10,952 nucleotides of DNA from assembly GCA_034440375.1 (NCBI GenBank), contig JAWXBZ010000002.1, positions 1 to 10,952 of the forward strand, read 5' to 3'. Positions 1-6,500 of this stretch are shown here, in pieces. Within the stretch, counting starts at the first letter, position 1, and the number at the start of each line of letters is the position of its first letter. The position numbers and the translations under genes are program-made. This DNA is from Candidatus Eiseniibacteriota bacterium (GTDB lineage: Bacteria; Eisenbacteria; RBG-16-71-46; JABDJR01; JAWXBZ01). A model generated the notes under the pieces. The model worked only from the letters and a program-made list of their open reading frames with translations. It searched no databases and was not told where the DNA came from.

Positions 1-13
1 CCATGCCTGTCAT
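1..13 (-). CDS. Probable 5' end of a divergently transcribed gene running off the left edge (ATG at 13..11 or in-frame ATG at 4..2)
   Basis: Minus strand reads GAGGAGG-gtcac-GGGAG-ATG ACA GGC ATG G. SD-like motifs lie ~9-10 nt before two in-frame ATGs. Only ~4 codons are visible, so the product is unknown. Confidence 0.45.
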
Positions 14-36
14 CTCCCGTGACCCTCCTCATGGGA

Positions 37-94
37 GGGTTACCTATCAGATGGCGCGACGATGCACCCACGGGTTACATTTTAGACGGCGCGA
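37..94. repeat. Imperfect direct repeat, two 23-nt copies with a 35-bp period
   Basis: 37..59 GGGTTACctatcAGAtGGCGCGA versus 72..94 GGGTTACattttAGAcGGCGCGA; 19/23 identical by manual alignment. Confidence 0.75.
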
Positions 95-117
95 TACGCA
101 TCGACGCCTGGGACCGG

Positions 118-126
118 TGGGATAAT
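118..126 (+). promoter_or_regulatory. Putative extended -10 promoter element (TGgGATAAT) for the kinase gene
   Basis: Matches TGnTATAAT with one mismatch, ~63 nt upstream of ATG190. No clear -35. Confidence 0.35.
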
Positions 127-189
127 GTATCCTCCCGGCCACTTCCCGGCCGCGGCGCCGCGCGGCCCCACCCGACGAGGCCGCCGCCC

Positions 190-2784
190 ATGACGCCACC
201 CCCCGACTGGGACCGCATCCACTCGCTGTTCGCCGAGGCGCTGGAGCTCGATGCCGCCGCACGCGAGGCCCGCCTGGCCGCCGTCGCCGCCGACGAGCCC
301 GCCCTGGCCGCGGAGGTCCATTCGCTGCTGGCCGCCCACGCCGCGGCGGGGGGCTTTCTGGAATCGCCCGGCGGGGCTGCCGGCCAGGGGTCCGGCGGGA
401 CTTCCGACCGGGCCTCCGGCCCCGACGTCCCCGGCCCCGGCAGCCGCCTCGGCTCCTATCGCCTCCTCGAGGAAATCGGCCACGGTGGGATGGGGATCGT
501 CTTCCGGGCCACCCGCGACGACGAAAACTTCACCAAGGAAGTGGCCATCAAGCTGATCGACCCCGGCCGCCGCTCGGAGGAGATCCTCAAGCGGTTCCGG
601 GCCGAGAGGCAGATCCTGGCCATGCTCGACCACCCCCACATCGCCCGGCTGATCGACGGCGGCGTCGGCCCGGACGGCAGCCCGTTCCTGGTCATGGACT
701 ACGTGAACGGGCGGCCGCTGATCGACTACTGCGATCATCACCGCCTGGACGTGGAAGCCCGGCTCCGGCTCTTCCTGGCCGTGTGCGATGCCGTGCAGTT
801 CGCGCATCAGCGGCTGGTCGTCCACCGCGATCTCAAGTCGGACAACATCCTGGTGACGCCCGACGGCACGCCCAGGCTCCTCGACTTCGGCATTGCCCGG
901 CTGGTGACGCCCGAGGACGGGACGGTGGCCGGCACGCTCACCCTGCCGATGGAGCGGATGCTCACGCCGGACTACGCCAGTCCCGAACAGGTCCGCGGCG
1001 AGCCGGTCACCGTGGCGGGGGATGTCTACTCGCTCGGCGTCATCCTGTACGAGCAGCTGACCGGCGCGCGCCCCCACCGCTTCCACACCCGCACGCCGGA
1101 GGAAATCCTGCGCGTCGTCACGCAGGAGGAGCCGATGGCGCCGAGTGCGGCGGTGACAAGGCTGGCCACCGACGAATCCGCCGGGCGCCGCGGCGACACC
1201 ACCCGCCGTCTCCGCCGCCGCCTCTCGGGCGACCTCGACGACGTGGTGATGAAGTGCCTCGCGAAGGATGCGGTCCGGCGCTACGGCTCCGCCGAGCAAC
1301 TCGGCACCGACATCCGCCGCCACCTGACGGGCCAGCCGGTATCGGCCCGCGGGCATACGACGGCTTACCTGTTATCGCGCTTCGTGCGGCGGCATCGCGT
1401 GGCGGTCGTATCGACGGGCCTCGTGTTCGTGACGCTGTTCGCCGGTCTCGCCGGCACGATGTGGCAGGCCCGCGAAGCGGCCCGCGAACGCGATCGCGCC
1501 CAGCGGCGGTTCGAGGATGTGCGCGAACTGGCCCATGCGGTCGTCTTCCCCATCCACGACGCCATCACGAACCTTCCCGGCTCCACGAAGGCGCGCGAGA
1601 TCCTGGTGGAGCACGCGCTCCGCTACCTCGACGGCCTCTCGCGCGATGCCGGCGGCGACGATCCGAAGCTTCTCCTCGAGCTGGGCGGCGCCTACGGCAA
1701 GATCGGCGACGTGCAGGGGCGGCCGATGTTTCCCAACCTGGGCCAGAGCGAACCGGCTCTGGCCAGCTACGACCGGTCGCTCTCGCTGCTGGAGCGCGCC
1801 TGCGCCGCCATGCCCGACTCCGTGAATCCGATCAACGACTACCTGGTGACGATGCAGCGCCGGGCCGACCTCCTCCAGACGATGGGGCGGAACGACGAAG
1901 CGCTGGCCCAGAGCGTGGCGGCGGGCCTGCGCGCCCGGGAGGCCGTCCGGCGGCATCCCGAGAGCACGCTGATGCAGAAGTGCGTCGTCGTCTCCTACGC
2001 GCGCCTCAGCGACATGTACCTGGCCCGGGGCGATACGACCGCCGCGATGGCCGCCACGGACACCATCGCCATCGCCGCCGCCGAGCTGGTCCGGCTCGAC
2101 CCCGACGACCCCGACAACCGCCGCTCGGCCATGATCGGCGCCGCCAAGGGCGCCGACTTGCTTCACCACCAGGGGCATCGGGCCGCCGCCGACTCGTCTT
2201 ACCGCGTGGCCGAACGCCTGGCCCTCGAAGCGGTGCGGGAATTCCCCGACAACACGGACGCCCTGCGCGACTTGTCGATCGTCTACGGCATGTTCGGATT
2301 CTTCCAGGCCGAGGGCGGGGATACGGACTCGGCGCTGGCCACGTACGAGAAAGGGCGGCGCATCGCCGTCGACCTGGCCGCCCGGGATCCGGACAACGCC
2401 CTGGCCCAGGCCGACGTCGCGACCGGCGACCTCGAGATCGGCACGATGCTGGCGAAGGCGAATCGATTCGACGACGCCGAGGCCCGCTTCCGTGCCGCGC
2501 ACGAGCGATACCGCCGCCTGTCCGCCGCCGACACCGCCAACGTGAGCCACAAGGTCTTCATGGCCCGCACGGCCCGCCAGGCGGGCGAGGCCTGCGCCAG
2601 CGCGGCGCGCGCCGCCGCCTCCGGCGGGGACCGCGAGGCCGCCCTCCGGCGTGCGCGCGACTGGTTCGCCTCGAGCCTCGCGGGTTACCGGGAGCTGGAA
2701 CGCCGGAAGCTCCTGCTCGCGGAAGACGCCACCGCGCCGGCCGAAGTGGCCCGCCTGGCGGCGGCGCTGGAGCGTCCGCGGTAG
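190..2784 (+). CDS. Membrane-anchored Hanks-type Ser/Thr protein kinase with extracytoplasmic TPR-like helical region (ECF43/TIGR02999-associated type), 864 aa
   Basis: Kinase motifs IGHGGMGIV, VAIK, HRDLKSDN (823..846), DFG, LTPDYASPEQ, DVYSLG. TM helix VAVVSTGLVFVTLFAGLAGTMW (1399..1464) is followed by Ala-rich TPR-like helices. N-terminal WDRIHSLFAEALEL...EVHSLLAAH is typical of ECF-linked kinases, so ATG190 is preferred to GTG19. Confidence 0.95.
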   Translation: MTPPPDWDRIHSLFAEALELDAAAREARLAAVAADEPALAAEVHSLLAAHAAAGGFLESPGGAAGQGSGGTSDRASGPDVPGPGSRLGSYRLLEEIGHGGMGIVFRATRDDENFTKEVAIKLIDPGRRSEEILKRFRAERQILAMLDHPHIARLIDGGVGPDGSPFLVMDYVNGRPLIDYCDHHRLDVEARLRLFLAVCDAVQFAHQRLVVHRDLKSDNILVTPDGTPRLLDFGIARLVTPEDGTVAGTLTLPMERMLTPDYASPEQVRGEPVTVAGDVYSLGVILYEQLTGARPHRFHTRTPEEILRVVTQEEPMAPSAAVTRLATDESAGRRGDTTRRLRRRLSGDLDDVVMKCLAKDAVRRYGSAEQLGTDIRRHLTGQPVSARGHTTAYLLSRFVRRHRVAVVSTGLVFVTLFAGLAGTMWQAREAARERDRAQRRFEDVRELAHAVVFPIHDAITNLPGSTKAREILVEHALRYLDGLSRDAGGDDPKLLLELGGAYGKIGDVQGRPMFPNLGQSEPALASYDRSLSLLERACAAMPDSVNPINDYLVTMQRRADLLQTMGRNDEALAQSVAAGLRAREAVRRHPESTLMQKCVVVSYARLSDMYLARGDTTAAMAATDTIAIAAAELVRLDPDDPDNRRSAMIGAAKGADLLHHQGHRAAADSSYRVAERLALEAVREFPDNTDALRDLSIVYGMFGFFQAEGGDTDSALATYEKGRRIAVDLAARDPDNALAQADVATGDLEIGTMLAKANRFDDAEARFRAAHERYRRLSAADTANVSHKVFMARTARQAGEACASAARAAASGGDREAALRRARDWFASSLAGYRELERRKLLLAEDATAPAEVARLAAALERPR

Positions 2785-2786
2785 GG

Positions 2787-2811
2787 CGGAAGTGCCTCGA
2801 GGGTGCTTCCG
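2787..2811 (+). terminator. Stem-loop in the 36-bp gap between convergent kinase and ECF stop codons (possible terminator)
   Basis: CGGAAGUGCCU-CGA-GGGUGCUUCCG gives 11 pairs including 3 G-U on the + strand. No clear U-tract. Confidence 0.4.
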
Positions 2812-2820
2812 GACTTGCCC

Positions 2821-3381
2821 TTATCCCTCTTCGCTCAACTCCCGAAACAACCAGGCCCGCGCCATCGTCCAGTCGCGCTTCACGGTCATCGGCGAGACGC
2901 CCAGCACCTCGCCCACCTCGTCGATGGTGAGGCCACCGAAATAGCGCAGTTCCACCACCCGGGCCTGCCGCTCCGAACGCGCGGCCAGGTCCGAGAGCGC
3001 CCGGTCGAGATCGTCGAACGCCACCTGGTTCGGACCGGCCACCTCGGCTTCCTCGAGCATGACCATCGTCCGGCCGCCACCGCGCCTCATCGCCTTCACG
3101 CGGCGGGCATGGTCCACCAGGATGCGGCGCATGGCCTGCGCCGCCAGGCCGAGGAAGTGCGCCCGGTTCTGCCAGGCGATGTCCTTCTGCACCACCAGCT
3201 TGAGGAACGCCTCGTGAGCCAGCGCCGTCGGCTGGAGCGTGTGATTCACCCGCTCGTTGCGCAGGTACGACGCCGCCAGCCGCCGCATCTCGTCGTACAC
3301 GACGGGCAGGAGCTGCTCGATGGCCGCGGGATCGCCGCGGGTGAGGTCGGCAAGGGTGGCGGTGATGGTGTGGGTGTCCAT
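2821..3381 (-). CDS. ECF RNA polymerase sigma factor, TIGR02999 / ECF43-like, 186 aa
   Basis: Signature segments LLPVVYDEMRRLA, HTLQPTALAHEAFLKL, NRAHFLGLAAQAMRRILVDHAR (sigma2) and QARVVELRYFGGLTIDEVGEVLGVSPMTVKRDW (sigma4 HTH). Start at ATG3381 (MDTHTIT) fits family length and lies downstream of a TATAAT. Confidence 0.95.
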   Translation of the reverse strand: MDTHTITATLADLTRGDPAAIEQLLPVVYDEMRRLAASYLRNERVNHTLQPTALAHEAFLKLVVQKDIAWQNRAHFLGLAAQAMRRILVDHARRVKAMRRGGGRTMVMLEEAEVAGPNQVAFDDLDRALSDLAARSERQARVVELRYFGGLTIDEVGEVLGVSPMTVKRDWTMARAWLFRELSEEG

Positions 3382-3423
3382 GCGGGCGGCCGGCTCCGGG
3401 GGCGAGGGCGTAGCGACCTGCCC

Positions 3424-3429
3424 ATTATA
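3424..3429 (-). promoter_or_regulatory. Perfect sigma70-type -10 box (TATAAT) upstream of the ECF gene
   Basis: Minus strand reads ...GGACGC-TATAAT-GGGC..., 42 nt before ATG3381; conspicuous in GC-rich DNA. No recognisable -35. Confidence 0.55.
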
Positions 3430-3538
3430 GCGTCCCGCGGAGTCGGCGGCGGGAGGTGATGCCAAGGGCCTCAGCCGCCCTCATGCGTCGCGCGACGGCT
3501 CTCTCAAGTGCTGAAAGCCGGAGTCGGTCCCGGTCGCC

Positions 3539-6500
3539 CTATCTCAACTTGACCAGCTTCGTCTGCAGCCGCACGGATCCCGACTGAAGCCGGACGAAAT
3601 AGATGCCGCTGGAGGTTGCGCGGCCGTCGTCGTCGCGGCCGTCCCAGGCGATGTTCTGGGTGCCGGCGTCCAGGCGGCCCTGGCGGAGCGCGCGGACGCG
3701 GCGGCCGCTCAAGTCGTACACGGCCAGGTCGACATCGCCCGCGGCGGGCAGGACGAACGCGATGGTGGCGCTGGCCTGGAACGGGTTCGGCATGGCCGTG
3801 AGGCGCAGGCCGTTCGGCACAAGCGGCGCCACCGGCACGCCCGAAGTCGGGTCCGGATCATAGGTCGAGGCAATGGGTGTGCAACTGACGATCTCCGTGA
3901 AGCCGTCGCCGTCGGTGTCGGCCTCCATCACGATCTGGTAGAGGCCGGCCGGGTCGTACTCCCGGGGGTAGGTCACGAGCACGCTGACTTCGGCCTCTTC
4001 GTTCTCACCGAGCGACAGTTGACCGAGGACCGGCTCGCCCGGCGGCAGGCCGTTCAGGCTCACGGCGAGTGGATCGGGATGATCGCCGCTTCCTTCATAC
4101 ACGGCTGTGAGGCTGTACTGGATGAGATCGATCGGCGGGCACGGATGCTTGATGCCGATGCCGATCGGTACGCCCACGAATCCCCCTGCGAAGCGCTGAC
4201 CCACGCCGACGACACCTGGCTGTGTCGGCGTCACGCACCAGCAGGAATTGTCGGCGCGAAGCGTGCCGGTGCAGGAACGGCAGACGCCCGTCTGGTCGTT
4301 GACGTAGGAGAAGGCGAAGCAGGACGTGGCGTTCTGCGCGGTGAATCCGGCCGGGCGCGTGATGGTGACGCAAATTGGTGATGAGGTGCCGCCGGCCGGC
4401 ACGGTTACCGTTCCGGCCGCGGGACTGAACGTGATTGGACCGTTCACCGTGCAGCCGGGACCCGTGGGGAGGCCGGCCACCGACCAGTGATAGCTTTGCG
4501 GCCCCGTGGTGTTGTTGACGATGTTCATGCAGACGGTGACGGTCGTCTTGTCCTTGCAGAACGAGGTGACGGCCGGCACGCGGCAGAACTCCTTGCACTT
4601 GCCATTGCCGGCGGCGGCGATAGCGGACACCGACTGGGCGGACAGCGGCGAGTTGAAGAATTCGAGCTCGTCCAGCCAGCCGTCGAACGGCACGCCCGCT
4701 CCGAAGGCCGGACTCTGCCGCCCCACGTAGAGGTCCGCGTTGTTGAAGACCGAGCCGGCCGGCGGCGCGAAGGTGCCCCCCGGGCTTGGGGCACCGTTCA
4801 CGTACCAGGTGCCCACTCCGAGAACGCGATCGACGGAGACGGCGAGGTGCGTCCAGCTACCGGCCGTGATTGTCGGTCCGGCAAACGTCTCGGTCACCTC
4901 GGACGTACCGATCTCAAGGAAGCACTGCTCGCCATTGAGATAGAGGGCCCAGCCGCGGGTGCGATACGGCATCAAGGATATCAGCGTGCGCTTCTCGGCC
5001 ACCATTCGAGGGCCGGCAAGCCCGGGATTCAAATTCAGCCAGGTGTCGAAAGCGAATGAGCCCGTTTCGAAATCCAGGCCAAGCTGCTGAACGTCTTGCA
5101 CCACCGCATAGTCGGAGGCACCGGCCAGGTGAAGCGCGTTGCCGATCAGTCCGTCCGCTGAGAATTCGGCGCCGCCAAAGAGCTGCAGCGTGTTCTTGGC
5201 GGGGCTCGCATGGGTGACATCCATGGCGAGGGTTCCGCCCGCCTCGTCGAACGACCACCAGGCGCCCATGCCGGGTGGCGGCGTCACGCAGGGGGGCGCA
5301 GTGGTACAGAAGTAGTTGCCGAAGTCCATGCCGGTGAGCATCTGGCCGGCGGCCAGGTTGACGACGTAGCTGCCGCCGGCGGGCGCGGTCTGGATCCAGC
5401 CCGGCAGGCCCACTTCGCTCAACGTGTAGCTTCCCGGCAGCAGGTAGTTGAAACAGAAATTTCCCTGCTCATCGGTGTACGCCGTGTACGGGCCGCCCGG
5501 ACCGTTCAGCATGATCGTCCAGCCGAGCATCCCCGGCTCGCCGTTGTCCTTCACGCCGTTGTGGTTCAGGTCGTTGTATTTCTGGCCGCAGATCTGGCCC
5601 AGTTCGCCGCCGATGCAACCGGGCGCCTCGACATCGCCGATGAACGACTTGTCGATGAGGACGGTGTTCCCATCGTCGTCGATGAGGACCGCGGTGAGGT
5701 TCGATCCGCCCGTTGGACGCGAACCCTGGTAGCCGAAGAGTTCGTCGGTATAGGCGGCGCCGAGATGCAACGCGTCGCCGGAGGACCAGACTCGGCCGAT
5801 CGGCCCGCCGGTAAAGGCGAAGTTGTCATAGTCGATGCCGCCGCCGCAGTTCTCCCCGTTGCAACAGGCGCCGATCTGGTACGCATTTGCCGGCAGCCAG
5901 CAGCCCCCCTCGCAGCCATACTCCAGGCTCCGCGCCGCGTGCGGACTGCTCACCGTTTCGTCCGTGATTCCCCGCTCCCCGAGCAGCATCTTGCCGTTGG
6001 CATGGAACGAGATGTCGGACACCGGCATCGAGTAGTTCCAAGGCGCCAGCGGGGGGAGGAAGAGCTCGTGTTGATCGCTCGAGCCGATGAAGGCACCCGC
6101 GGCGTTCAACGCCACGCTGCGAATCTCGTTGGCGATCGTGCTGCTCGGGGCGCCGACGTCCTCCGCCCAGACGCCGTAGTAGACGCGATCCATGTGCCAC
6201 TGCACGCCCCAGAGTCGTTCGCCCAGCGGCGCCCAGCCCGGCGATGGCACGGTGTTCAACGGCGCAAGATAATTCGTGGGTCCCAAGTCCTGGACACCCG
6301 GATCGAACACGTCCTGGATCGTTCCGGTCATGCCGTTCACACCGTTCGGCTTGATCCGATAGATGCGACCGTCCTCGATGTTCGTCACGAAGAACTGCTG
6401 GTGGCGGCAGTCGTACGTGATGTTGCCAAGCCCTGGCAGGTTGTCCGGCGAGGCGATGCCCGGGTCGGGATAATTCGGCAGGCGACAGAAAATCTTCATG

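Noticed and set aside
19-189. N-terminal extension of the kinase ORF from GTG19
   Set aside because: No family-like sequence. It overlaps promoter-like repeats, and the conserved N-terminus begins at ATG190.
82-2930. Long alternative-frame ORFs (82..1356 -, 783..2930 +, 1372..2550 -)
   Set aside because: Shadow ORFs typical of high-GC coding DNA, with low-complexity Arg/Gly/Pro-rich translations and no motifs.
2803-3459. 218-aa + strand ORF antisense to the ECF
   Set aside because: Mirror frame of a clearly real sigma factor gene.
3382-3465. ECF N-terminal extension from TTG3465
   Set aside because: It spans the TATAAT box and is Pro/Ala-rich, non-family sequence.
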